DNA of 40,606 nucleotides from a virus: UHGV virus genome UHGV-0346325; one strand, 5' to 3'. Shown piece by piece: positions 18,245 to 26,727 of this stretch (position 1 is its first letter; each line of letters starts with the position of its first letter). The notes under the pieces were generated by a model. It saw only the letters and a program-made list of their open reading frames with translations, ran no database searches and was not told where the DNA came from. The position numbers and the translations under genes were made by a program.

Positions 18245-19969
18245 ATGGACATGGCTATTGAACAAATCAAAGAAACAGATACGCTAAATCAAGGTCGAAT
18301 TAAAATTAATGCGATCTTGGATCAATCAAATGCTTCTGTAGAAAAAATAAAGGACTATCAAGATCAATTAACAACAGGGATTAATGACGCCAAAAAAATT
18401 GCTGATGATGCTGGAAAAGAAGCCGTAAACATTGCAGAACAAGCAGGAAATAAAGCGAATGAAACAGCGAATCAAGCAATGGCAAATTCACAAACAGCCA
18501 TTAACACCTCTAATCAAGCGGTATCTACAGCAAACAACAATAAACAAGAATTTGATGCGCTACGAAACGATTTTGACAAACTTGTAGGTGAAGCAGGGGA
18601 CAGTAATCCAGAAATCGTTCAAGCTCGAACTGATACGCAAGGAGTCACTCAGCCTACGTTAGCTACTCGGCTACAGGTTGACTTTAATGACCGCATGACA
18701 AAATCTGAAGGTGTATCGTTACTTTCTGGAACAACAAACGTAAAAATACCTATGGATTTCACTGGAAAAACAGCGGGTAATACGGCAACAAATGCAAATC
18801 AATATTTTACCGATGTAACAGCTAAAGTACTAAAAAAACCAAAAGATACATGGAATGAGATTTCTCAATCTGATTACAACAAATTAGTAAGTCGTGATGA
18901 TTCTGGCGTAAGCAGTGGTTCAACACAAAATGGCGTTATCCCACAACAGTTAGGTGTATTTAATGCTTTAGAAGCTGCAAAAAAAATAATTCCTCAAAAT
19001 TTTGAAGGATTAAGTCAAGATGAAGCGGTAACTTTATTAAAAGATAGCTTTATCGCCTTTACTATTAGTGAACGTGTTAAAGCCACTTCGCCTAATAACA
19101 AAACAATTAAAGTTTCTACTTATATTGAATCAACGGACTCATGGACAACGCAAATTCAAGAAAATGTTGGTGAATACAAAGATTTATCAGTACAAGTAAC
19201 TGATAAAAATTTCATTACTAGGGAAGGTCTTATCTATCTAATTAGTTATACAGATCCATCAAATGGAGTGACAACAGCTAACTTGGATGTAGACTATTCA
19301 GCTATTCAATTAGAAATTAGTATTAATGCGCAAGATGTTTTAGCAAAAAGTGGGTTTGTAAAAGGGGAACAATTAAAGGCGCATACGGAAAATCAAGAAA
19401 ATCCACATAAAGTCACAGCAAATCAAGTTGGATTAGGTAATGTGAAAAATTATAGTTTCGCTTTAGATAGCGAAGCAGTTGCAGGGACATCAACGAGTAA
19501 ATATATGCATCCTAAAAATGTTTCAGAAGCTATTAGTGGACAAGCGGTGACACAAACTGGAGATCAAGAAATATCTGGAATAAAGGATTTTAAAGATGGT
19601 ATTAAAATTATAGGTAAAGAACCAGTTTTGACAAATTCGACAGTTGATTATGCAATGGTAGATAAGAATAACAACGCTTCTGTTATGTCAGAGGGTTCTC
19701 TTAAATTATATCGACGAGGCGACTTAGTATATCTTACTGGTTCGTTCCAACTGTCAGCTTTAAAAGATAACCAAGCAGTTTGGTTTGACATTCCTTCTTG
19801 GTCATATCCAATTGAATCTGTTCGAATGTATGGTAAAACTAGCGGTGAAAAAATGTGTTTGTTGTATATTAACTTAACAAATAACAATAATATTGTATGC
19901 GTGGATAGTGTTGCAAAAGGATCCTGGATTACTATTTCAAGTTGTTGGATGGCTAAAAATCCATACTAA
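18245..19969 (+). CDS. tail fibre / receptor-binding minor structural protein
   Basis: 575 aa with an N-terminal Asn/Gln/Ala-rich coiled coil and a beta-rich C-terminal part. Last tail gene before lysis. The start is ambiguous: GTG 18242, ATG 18245 or ATG 18251 (the last has the best spacing to AGGAG). Confidence 0.45.
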   Translation: MDMAIEQIKETDTLNQGRIKINAILDQSNASVEKIKDYQDQLTTGINDAKKIADDAGKEAVNIAEQAGNKANETANQAMANSQTAINTSNQAVSTANNNKQEFDALRNDFDKLVGEAGDSNPEIVQARTDTQGVTQPTLATRLQVDFNDRMTKSEGVSLLSGTTNVKIPMDFTGKTAGNTATNANQYFTDVTAKVLKKPKDTWNEISQSDYNKLVSRDDSGVSSGSTQNGVIPQQLGVFNALEAAKKIIPQNFEGLSQDEAVTLLKDSFIAFTISERVKATSPNNKTIKVSTYIESTDSWTTQIQENVGEYKDLSVQVTDKNFITREGLIYLISYTDPSNGVTTANLDVDYSAIQLEISINAQDVLAKSGFVKGEQLKAHTENQENPHKVTANQVGLGNVKNYSFALDSEAVAGTSTSKYMHPKNVSEAISGQAVTQTGDQEISGIKDFKDGIKIIGKEPVLTNSTVDYAMVDKNNNASVMSEGSLKLYRRGDLVYLTGSFQLSALKDNQAVWFDIPSWSYPIESVRMYGKTSGEKMCLLYINLTNNNNIVCVDSVAKGSWITISSCWMAKNPY

Positions 19970-20014
19970 TATGGAGATACATTGTTAAATTATTTAATTG
20001 AAAAAATTGTGGAG

Positions 20015-20049
20015 AACCGTCTAGCAAAAGCTAGGCGGTTTTTATTATT
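20015..20049 (+). terminator. Rho-independent terminator after the tail module
   Basis: 11-bp stem aaccgtctagc/gctaggcggtt with loop aaaa, followed by tttattatt. Confidence 0.7.
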
Positions 20050-20063
20050 GGAAGGTGGAAAAT

Positions 20064-20468
20064 ATGGTGATTATTGATAATCAAGCGTTGATACTAGAAT
20101 TCAAGAATATGATTTCTAACGGTTTTATTCAGGTGTTTGTCTGGATTGTGTTAGGGGATATCTTAACAGGATTATGTAAAGGTATTTTCATTAAGGAAGG
20201 AAATAGCACAAAAGGATTGCTAGGATTAGTAAAACATTTATTAGTGGTCTGCTTAATAAGCGTTGCTTATCCATACTTGAAAATCATGGGTCTAGAATCA
20301 ATCGCTACTGGATTTGTCTTATTTTATATAGCAGTGTATGGCATTTCCATTATTGAAAACTTAGGGCAGTTAGGTGTTCCCTTTCCTTCATGGGTTAAGG
20401 AGCATTTAAGTAAATTAAAAGATGAAAATGATAAAGGTGGTGAACCTAAAGATGGTGCAAGTGATTAA
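20064..20468 (+). CDS. holin
   Basis: Small protein with 2-3 predicted TM segments and a charged C-terminus, directly upstream of the endolysin gene. RBS GAAGGTGG precedes the ATG at 20064. Confidence 0.6.
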   Translation: MVIIDNQALILEFKNMISNGFIQVFVWIVLGDILTGLCKGIFIKEGNSTKGLLGLVKHLLVVCLISVAYPYLKIMGLESIATGFVLFYIAVYGISIIENLGQLGVPFPSWVKEHLSKLKDENDKGGEPKDGASD

Positions 20469-21306
20469 TCAATCTGTTTGCGGTGGGATTGCCGGGAGAC
20501 GTCCCAATGCAACGCCAAAAGGTGTTGTCATTCATAATGATGCCGGAAGTATTTATGCTACAGCTGCACAATATGTCAATGCCTTGGCTGTAATGTCTCC
20601 TACACAACTGGCGAATGGCTTTGCTCATTATTATATTGATCGAAATACAATTGCACGTGTAGAAGATACATTCAATGCAGCATGGCACACAGCGAATCCA
20701 GATGGGAATTTGAATTACGTTGGATACGAGGTCTGTCAATCGATGGGTGCTAGTGATGCAGACTTCTTAGCGAATGAGCAAATGACATTTAAACAAGTTG
20801 CTGATGACATGAAGTTCTGGGGGATGCAACCGAATAGAAACACAGTGCGCCTTCACAAAGAATTTGTTCCAACCGCATGCCCCCACAGATCTTGGGAACT
20901 TCATGGGCGAGATGTCAATGCTGTAAAAGACTATTTTATTAGTCAGATTAAAAAGTACATGGATAGTAGTGGCAGCTCTGATTCGAGTTCAGACAATAGT
21001 AACTCAAACAATAACAACAACCAAAATAATGATAGTAAAGGTGGAAAAGTTAGTATGTATTGTTTATACGAAAGACCAATTAATTCAAAAACAGGTAAAC
21101 TAGAATGGAATGGAGATGCTTGGACAGTAATGTTTTGTAACGGAGTTAACACAAGACGTGTCTCTCATCCAGATGAAATGAAAGTCATTGAGGACTTATA
21201 CAAGAGAAACAATGGCAAAGATATTACTTTCTACGGACAAGATAAATGGAACAAAAACGCTCCTTGGTATAATCGCTTAGAAGCTATGTTTCCAGTCGTA
21301 AAATAA
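20452..21306 (+). CDS. endolysin: N-acetylmuramoyl-L-alanine amidase (amidase_2/PGRP fold) plus C-terminal cell-wall-binding domain
   Basis: N-terminal GVVIHNDAGS...H...C motif of amidase_2. Ser/Asn-rich linker (SSGSSDSSSDNSNSNNNNNQNN). The start at 20452 overlaps the holin 3' end. Confidence 0.75.
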   Translation: MVQVINQSVCGGIAGRRPNATPKGVVIHNDAGSIYATAAQYVNALAVMSPTQLANGFAHYYIDRNTIARVEDTFNAAWHTANPDGNLNYVGYEVCQSMGASDADFLANEQMTFKQVADDMKFWGMQPNRNTVRLHKEFVPTACPHRSWELHGRDVNAVKDYFISQIKKYMDSSGSSDSSSDNSNSNNNNNQNNDSKGGKVSMYCLYERPINSKTGKLEWNGDAWTVMFCNGVNTRRVSHPDEMKVIEDLYKRNNGKDITFYGQDKWNKNAPWYNRLEAMFPVVK

Positions 21307-21311
21307 TTTGA

Positions 21312-21339
21312 AGAGCTTGGGAATAATATCCCAAGCTCT
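21312..21339. terminator. 11-bp perfect stem-loop between convergent genes (likely bidirectional terminator)
   Basis: Stem agagcttggga/tcccaagctct with loop ataata. Confidence 0.5.
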
Positions 21340-21349
21340 AATACATATA

Positions 21350-21919
21350 TTAATTCAATACTTTATCAATAAAATATGGAATAAGCTTTCTTTCTGACTT
21401 GATTTTTGTTTTATTTATGTTGCCATATCTACCATTGTATTTTAATGAAATATTTCCGTCACCATAACCTGTAGAAGCCTTTAATTCGTAATTTGGTATA
21501 TTTTCGCTTTCAAGGTATGATATTTTAAAAACATCACCAGGTTCTAAAGACTTTTTAATTCCAGTTGATTTGAATTTAGGTGAGTTGTCTTTTTCCATAG
21601 ATTCAAATTTTAAAATTTCAATAGTCATTGGAATTTCTAAAGAAGAAACTAAAACTACTTTATTTGGTTCTTTGTCTAGATTTACTTCATCGACTATGTT
21701 ATTACTATAAGGTTCGTCTTTAGAAACAAAAGGGTAAAACTCTACTGAGATATCTTCATAGTATGTTTTGTTCAAATAGAAACCTAATACGATGATAGTA
21801 AATGATATGGCTACTTTAACTACTTTCGAAATACAATTGTTATGTTTTTTGTACCAGCTTGTAAACTTATTTGTAGTTACCTTTATTTTCGTTAACATAA
21901 AATCATCCTTTTTAAACAA
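21350..21919 (-). CDS. hypothetical single-pass membrane protein, 189 aa (moron)
   Basis: N-terminal TM segment (KVVKVAISFTIIVLGFYL) and a very AT-rich gene. Confidence 0.5.
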   Translation of the reverse strand: MFKKDDFMLTKIKVTTNKFTSWYKKHNNCISKVVKVAISFTIIVLGFYLNKTYYEDISVEFYPFVSKDEPYSNNIVDEVNLDKEPNKVVLVSSLEIPMTIEILKFESMEKDNSPKFKSTGIKKSLEPGDVFKISYLESENIPNYELKASTGYGDGNISLKYNGRYGNINKTKIKSERKLIPYFIDKVLN

Positions 21920-21947
21920 TTATTAATTATAGGATGTATTCTGACCT

Positions 21948-22148
21948 TTAAAATTCAATTTTATCTTTAATTAATTTATCAAAATACTTCACTAACAATT
22001 CAGCTTTACCCAGACCGATATTTTCAATAGCAGTTTTTCCACTTCTGATTTTGTCGATGTATTGCGTGCTGATTCCAGTTTCTTTTGCAATACGATAGCT
22101 CGTTAAATCCATGTCTATTAATTTTTCGATTTTTTCAGTGTAAGTCAT
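21948..22148 (-). CDS. XRE-family HTH transcriptional regulator, 66 aa
   Basis: HTH pattern YRIAKETGISTQYIDKIRSGK. Confidence 0.55.
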   Translation of the reverse strand: MTYTEKIEKLIDMDLTSYRIAKETGISTQYIDKIRSGKTAIENIGLGKAELLVKYFDKLIKDKIEF

Positions 22149-22156
22149 TTAATCAA

Positions 22157-22303
22157 CTACTTTCTTTTGCTTAATATGCCTACAATTAATAAGATTACCA
22201 AGTAAGTAATCCAGTTAATCACATTGAAAACTGTAAGACCTAAACCGCTTAATACAACAGCAAGTAATGTTAATCCGTAAGCTTTATTTTTCATATTATT
22301 CAT
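22157..22303 (-). CDS. small hydrophobic membrane peptide, 48 aa (two predicted TM segments)
   Basis: ORF MNNMKNKAYGLTLLAVVLSGLGLTVFNVINWITYLVILLIVGILSKRK. Its stop is 8 nt upstream of the HTH gene start. No clear SD sequence. Confidence 0.35.
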   Translation of the reverse strand: MNNMKNKAYGLTLLAVVLSGLGLTVFNVINWITYLVILLIVGILSKRK

Positions 22304-22325
22304 GCTAGAATTAATTTATAGAAAG

Positions 22326-22341
22326 GGAGCCGTAGCTCCCA
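22326..22341 (-). terminator. hairpin (gggagc-cgta-gctccc), possible minus-strand terminator or attenuator
   Basis: 6-bp GC-rich stem followed on the minus strand by TTTCTAT. Confidence 0.35.
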
Positions 22342-22350
22342 ACACTATTC

Positions 22351-22452
22351 TTATTTGTCGTCGTTATCGTCTTTTAAAAGTTCTTTTACAATTTTTGCGG
22401 ATTGGAGAACTCCTAGGACGATTGCGACGGCTTTTCCTATATCGTCTAGCAT
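22351..22452 (-). CDS. 33-aa peptide MLDDIGKAVAIVLGVLQSAKIVKELLKDDNDDK
   Basis: Strong RBS GGAGGTG 7 nt upstream of the ATG. Hydrophobic/amphipathic core followed by an acidic tail ending in Lys. Confidence 0.45.
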   Translation of the reverse strand: MLDDIGKAVAIVLGVLQSAKIVKELLKDDNDDK

Positions 22453-22547
22453 TTTTTCACCTCCTTAACTATATTTAAATTATACATCTATAGTTGTATA
22501 AAGTCAATAGTTTTTAGTAGAAAAATTGTATTTTAAACATTATATCC

Positions 22548-22576
22548 TTGAAAAACAGAACTAACGTTCGTATAAT
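22548..22576 (+). promoter_or_regulatory. consensus sigma-A promoter (TTGAAA-17-TATAAT)
   Basis: Near-perfect -35 and -10 hexamers with a 17-nt spacer, about 25 nt upstream of the 22601 start. Confidence 0.65.
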
Positions 22577-22600
22577 ATTTCTGATAGGAGAGTGTATCAG

Positions 22601-23086
22601 ATGGTGAAACGAACTAAAAAAGAGTTTAAACCTTACAACGATTATGTTGACCGTCCTTTTGAATTAAAGTGGCCAACGGCGTTTCCGTTAGGCGAATTAA
22701 CTGAAGCAATAAAGAGCACTGATGAATATCACGCTCGAAATATTGAGAGACTATCTCAACAATCCCAAAAGCAAATAGAGTATTTTTTAGATCGCTCTAT
22801 TAAGCAAAACAAAGTGTTAGAGATTCAATTGAATTCGTTAGATGAATATGATCGCGTAAAACCTCATGTGTTCGGAGTTTTTCGTGGAATGGCTGAGTTT
22901 GATGTCGTTCTAATTGGTGAACAAGAAATCGATTTTTATGATATTAGAAACGTCCAGATTCATAATTTCACGAAATGGAGTGAAGAACATATACCTGAAG
23001 AAAATCCATTTGAAGAAGAAACGGAACATTGCGAAACGATAGATGAATTTGTGGAGGAATATTTCGATGATGAATGGATAGAATAA
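22601..23086 (+). CDS. hypothetical acidic protein, 161 aa; possible YolD-like
   Basis: Segment DRPFELKWPTAFPLGEL resembles the YolD-family DRGNIKW..MLPEH block (recalled from memory, not verified). The gene has its own promoter and terminator. Confidence 0.4.
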   Translation: MVKRTKKEFKPYNDYVDRPFELKWPTAFPLGELTEAIKSTDEYHARNIERLSQQSQKQIEYFLDRSIKQNKVLEIQLNSLDEYDRVKPHVFGVFRGMAEFDVVLIGEQEIDFYDIRNVQIHNFTKWSEEHIPEENPFEEETEHCETIDEFVEEYFDDEWIE

Positions 23087-23100
23087 TTAGAAATGTAAAA

Positions 23101-23138
23101 GCTCTACTTCTCAATAACGGGAAGTAGAGCCTTTTTTG
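23101..23138 (+). terminator. Rho-independent terminator
   Basis: 10-bp stem gctctacttc/gaagtagagc followed by cttttttg. Confidence 0.8.
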
Positions 23139-23343
23139 TTTATTCGGTATAATTTATATATCTATTCGCTTGCCTTTTTTAATTTTTTGATGTAGATTTT
23201 ATCTTGTTGTTATAGTCTATTTTGCTAATTTGAATTAAAATGATATTACGCAAACCCTTGTGAGTTCTAGTCTGTCTAAATATGGTGTTGCAGAAAAATT
23301 ACACCGTGTAGTTCGATTCCTGTATAGTCAATAAAATACACGT

Positions 23344-24663
23344 TTACTTTACTCCAGTTATTGAATTTACCCTGTAATAATTTGACATCCATGAATTAAA
23401 CCAAGAGTTTTTATCGGTAGATAAATAGGTAGTACCATTATATGGGCTTATAAGGGTGTGAGAAGGAGATAGAAGGTGCAAATTTACATTCGAATTTTTA
23501 TCTGCTTTGTTTATTGTTTCAATTTGAATATTGACTTCTTTGTAGTTCTTTAATATGTCACTAAAACCATAAATATAAGTGATAAGTGAAATGAGCGTTA
23601 ATGCAATTAAAAGATAGCTTTTTAAATTAGTATATTTATGCACGCTATTAAATAGATAAACAATTATTATAATTAGGAAAATTGCTGGACCAAAAAAAGT
23701 TCTTAAAGGGGCAGAAGGTGAAACTATTAAACTAAATATTCCAGCAATATGGCCAATAAACAGTATTCCAGTAAATATAAAATCGCATTTAGTAATTTTT
23801 TTCTGATATATAAGAATAAACATCAATGAAAATACTATTAAATATGCAAAGAAAAAATGACTTACGCTTGTTGAATAAATAGAAATAGCATGGTCCTTAA
23901 GTAGATTAAAGCTTAAATCAATGGCCCCTCTTTTTTGTGAGCCTGGTGATTTCATCATTATTATAAACCCTATACCGGAACTAACAACTCCTATTAACCT
24001 CCAAATGTCGAACGACTTGGTCTCTATATATTTCCATATTATTAGTAATACAATAATTAAAGTAGTTGCTGGTCCAGAATTCTCATTTGTTGCTCCGGAT
24101 AGAAACCCAAGAATGATGGAGCTAGTAATTGTAAAAATATTGGTTTGAAAACTTTGTAAATTGAATAGTAAAAAAGAAGAATAAATAAGGGCCATCCATA
24201 GATAATTTCCAGAACCAGAGAGCCATAAAACACTTTTACCAAAGTCAGGTATAAAAAGCCAAAGCAATAAAAAAATCAGTAAAAATATGCTAGTGCTATT
24301 ACGAATATTTTTTACTGTATTTGTTATTAAGTAAATCATGATTCCAAGAGATAAGAAAGCAATACTATTAAAAATGTTAAAGTAAAATTTATTAAATTGC
24401 ATAAAGAATTGAACGATCGAATGAGCTACGAATCTGCCATTCCAAATATGATAGTGGGATACTTGAGATTTAAATATACTTCTAAATCCATTAATTTTTT
24501 CAAGAGGTTGTGTGGGCATAGATGATTTGTAAACAAAGCGATAAGCATAGTCATCTGAAACATAATAGGTCATATGATTTAAAATAAACAATAGTAAAAA
24601 GAAAATTAAAAAAATAAATAAAACGAAGAAATTTTTTTTCTTAAATGAGTAGTTTGATAACAT
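23344..24663 (-). CDS. polytopic membrane protein, 439 aa, about 11 TM helices; candidate GT-C-type glycosyltransferase
   Basis: Asp-rich motif VSDDYAY directly after TM1, many TM helices, and a soluble C-terminal domain. The gene is AT-rich with a 300-nt AT-rich leader. Confidence 0.4.
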   Translation of the reverse strand: MLSNYSFKKKNFFVLFIFLIFFLLLFILNHMTYYVSDDYAYRFVYKSSMPTQPLEKINGFRSIFKSQVSHYHIWNGRFVAHSIVQFFMQFNKFYFNIFNSIAFLSLGIMIYLITNTVKNIRNSTSIFLLIFLLLWLFIPDFGKSVLWLSGSGNYLWMALIYSSFLLFNLQSFQTNIFTITSSIILGFLSGATNENSGPATTLIIVLLIIWKYIETKSFDIWRLIGVVSSGIGFIIMMKSPGSQKRGAIDLSFNLLKDHAISIYSTSVSHFFFAYLIVFSLMFILIYQKKITKCDFIFTGILFIGHIAGIFSLIVSPSAPLRTFFGPAIFLIIIIVYLFNSVHKYTNLKSYLLIALTLISLITYIYGFSDILKNYKEVNIQIETINKADKNSNVNLHLLSPSHTLISPYNGTTYLSTDKNSWFNSWMSNYYRVNSITGVK

Positions 24664-24965
24664 ATAGTTCTCCTTGGTTATTATTTGTTTAATAAAAAAT
24701 ACGGTTTAGCTAATATGATGTTTGCAGTAAGAACTTTAACGATATTTTAATGTTCAACGATTCAGGATGTTGATTTAGTAAGTAATCTCTAGCACTCTTG
24801 AAAGATTTCTGATAATCTTACTAGAAAGAGTCCCTATTTTCTAATTTGCACTTATTTGATCGCTAATATTAAAATATATATTCAGTTTTTTTATTGTAAA
24901 CTTTTCATTCAATACTATATGAAAACGTTAGTTTTTTCAATAGAAATTTTTTAGATAATTCATCG

Positions 24966-25214
24966 TTATGCACTAATCAAAAATTTCCTTACAAGCATTT
25001 TCTCAATGAAAAGTTGATTTCGTTTATTCAGATGACCATAGACAGCTAGTTCAGACTTTTCGGGTAGCATTAGTAACATATTTGCCAATTCGTGTTTAGA
25101 GACGATACAGTTTATAGTTTCGTCCTGTGTTACTAATGAGAATCGAACTAGCATTTTTGGATACATACTTAACATTCTAATCTTTTCAACCACTCCTACA
25201 TGATTAGTTTTCAT
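24966..25214 (-). CDS. hypothetical protein, 82 aa
   Basis: RBS GGAGGA. Predicted promoter TAGACA-18-TATAAT whose spacer contains the 16-mer shared with the int upstream region. Confidence 0.4.
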   Translation of the reverse strand: MKTNHVGVVEKIRMLSMYPKMLVRFSLVTQDETINCIVSKHELANMLLMLPEKSELAVYGHLNKRNQLFIEKMLVRKFLISA

Positions 25215-25297
25215 GATATCGTCCTCCTATTAATCTTATTATATCGAATGTATGTTCTTATTGTCTATCGTTTTACAAAACTGTAATATTTGATGGG

Positions 25298-25317
25298 AAA
25301 GGGGCAAAAAAGGGGCA
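25298..25317. repeat. tandem AAAGGGGCA pair (putative integrase arm-type sites, left)
   Basis: Exact 9-mers at 25298 and 25309. Confidence 0.5.
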
Positions 25318-25503
25318 AAAGTTGTAAAAGGTTGTAAAAAATTATATGGTATTAAATTATAATATTCTTGATTTACTAGTGTTTTTACAAGGTTATAAAT
25401 AGTCGTAAAATACGCTTGAAAGACTAAGCAAGTGCCGCCATGTGTCTGAATTATAGTTGATATTAAAGGCTTTAAGCCTTTTTTTTATTTGTTTTGAATT
25501 AAA

Positions 25504-25523
25504 AAAGGGGCACGAAAGGGGCA
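25504..25523. repeat. tandem AAAGGGGCA pair (putative integrase arm-type sites, right)
   Basis: Exact 9-mers at 25504 and 25515. They abut the int stop codon. Confidence 0.5.
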
Positions 25524-25524
25524 A

Positions 25525-26661
25525 TCACTTGCCGTATTTATTTAGAGCTTCTACCAGATTTGTTTTAGCTTTTTTTGTTACATGAGTATAAATTTTTAAA
25601 GTTGTTTCCGTGTCAACGTGGCCTACACGTTCCATTATTGCTTTTACTGGTACATTTAATTCTGCAAGTAGTGAAATATGAGAATGTCTAAAAATATGAC
25701 TTGATATCGTTTTGTTTATTTTATTTTTACCTAGACTTTCATTAGCTTTCTTTAGAGAGGCATTAAATGAATTAACTTGAATTGGTTTGCCCGTTTTGCC
25801 AACAAATAGATAATTTGTTTGCTCTTTGAATTTTATTTCTCTTTCTAAAATTAACTCTTCGATTATTTTCACAGCTCTATTTGATAATTCTACTTTCCTG
25901 AATGATGCTAGAGTTTTAGGTAATTCTTTTGTAGCGTTTTTATAACCGTTAGAATAATCCAGAGTTCCATTAACTAAAATAGCATGTTCATTTTTTACAT
26001 AATCATTTATAGTAAGACTAATTGCTTCACCAGCTCTTAATCCAGTTAAATACATAAACTCTGCTAAACGACCATGATGGACACTTTGAAATGTAGAATA
26101 ATAATAGTTTAATAATTGATAAACCTCTTTCTCTTCGAGGTATTTACTTTCTATATTTTCAAAATTTTCTTTTGTTAGTGGGGGTTTAACAACTTTCACT
26201 CTATTGATAGGATTTTCATCAATCATTCCCATGTCTTGTGCATAAGTGAAGGACATGTTAAGCACACTTTTGAATTTTTTCTTATACTCCCACGAATGCG
26301 GTAAATCATTAATAAAGTCTTGGAAAAATTTTGTATCTGTGTTTCTTATAAGTACATCAACATTCATATTGGAAAATATATATTTTAAAATTTTTCCGTA
26401 AGCTTTTACTGATGTTTTCCTAATAGATAATTGATGTTGTTGCCACCAGCTATTTAAGAGATTCTCTAATGATACTTTTTGTTGATCTTTTTTCTCCATT
26501 CGATTATTAATCTTATCCTGTAATTCCATCATCGCTTGTTTTTTTGCTTGGTTAGACTTCGAATTAAGTGTAACTGAAACACGTCGATACTTTTCTGTGT
26601 ACGGATCTTTATATCGCTCAAAGTATTTATATTTTCCATTAGGAAGTTCCTCAATCCACAA
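25525..26661 (-). CDS. int: tyrosine site-specific integrase
   Basis: C-terminal catalytic region ...HIFRHSHISLL...VGHVDTETTLKIYTHV (R, H-x-x-R and Y). Start TTG preceded by AGGAG. Confidence 0.85.
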   Translation of the reverse strand: MWIEELPNGKYKYFERYKDPYTEKYRRVSVTLNSKSNQAKKQAMMELQDKINNRMEKKDQQKVSLENLLNSWWQQHQLSIRKTSVKAYGKILKYIFSNMNVDVLIRNTDTKFFQDFINDLPHSWEYKKKFKSVLNMSFTYAQDMGMIDENPINRVKVVKPPLTKENFENIESKYLEEKEVYQLLNYYYSTFQSVHHGRLAEFMYLTGLRAGEAISLTINDYVKNEHAILVNGTLDYSNGYKNATKELPKTLASFRKVELSNRAVKIIEELILEREIKFKEQTNYLFVGKTGKPIQVNSFNASLKKANESLGKNKINKTISSHIFRHSHISLLAELNVPVKAIMERVGHVDTETTLKIYTHVTKKAKTNLVEALNKYGK

Positions 26662-26727
26662 TTTTAAAACTCCTTTCGAATGTATGTTCTTTATTTTTGA
26701 AAAAGAAAAGCCCTAAGGCTATTTCTT

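Larger units (their letters stand above)
25290..25530. other. attP-like region immediately 3' of int (arm-type repeats flanking a putative core)
   Basis: AAAGGGGCA appears twice at 25298-25317 and twice at 25504-25523, each pair with 11-bp phasing. GTTGTAAAA appears twice at 25321-25340. A hairpin plus T-run lies at 25466-25490. Confidence 0.5.

Noticed and set aside
22326-22341. Bidirectional terminator shared by convergent toxin mRNA and antitoxin sRNA (par-like)
   Set aside because: No T-run follows the hairpin on the plus strand, and no convincing plus-strand promoter was found upstream. Only the minus-strand terminator reading is supported.
23270-23335. tRNA-like fragment (GTAGTTCGATTCC) suggesting an att-site remnant
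   Set aside because: The flanking bases do not form T-arm or acceptor stems, so no cloverleaf portion can be folded. It is probably a chance TTCGATTCC occurrence.
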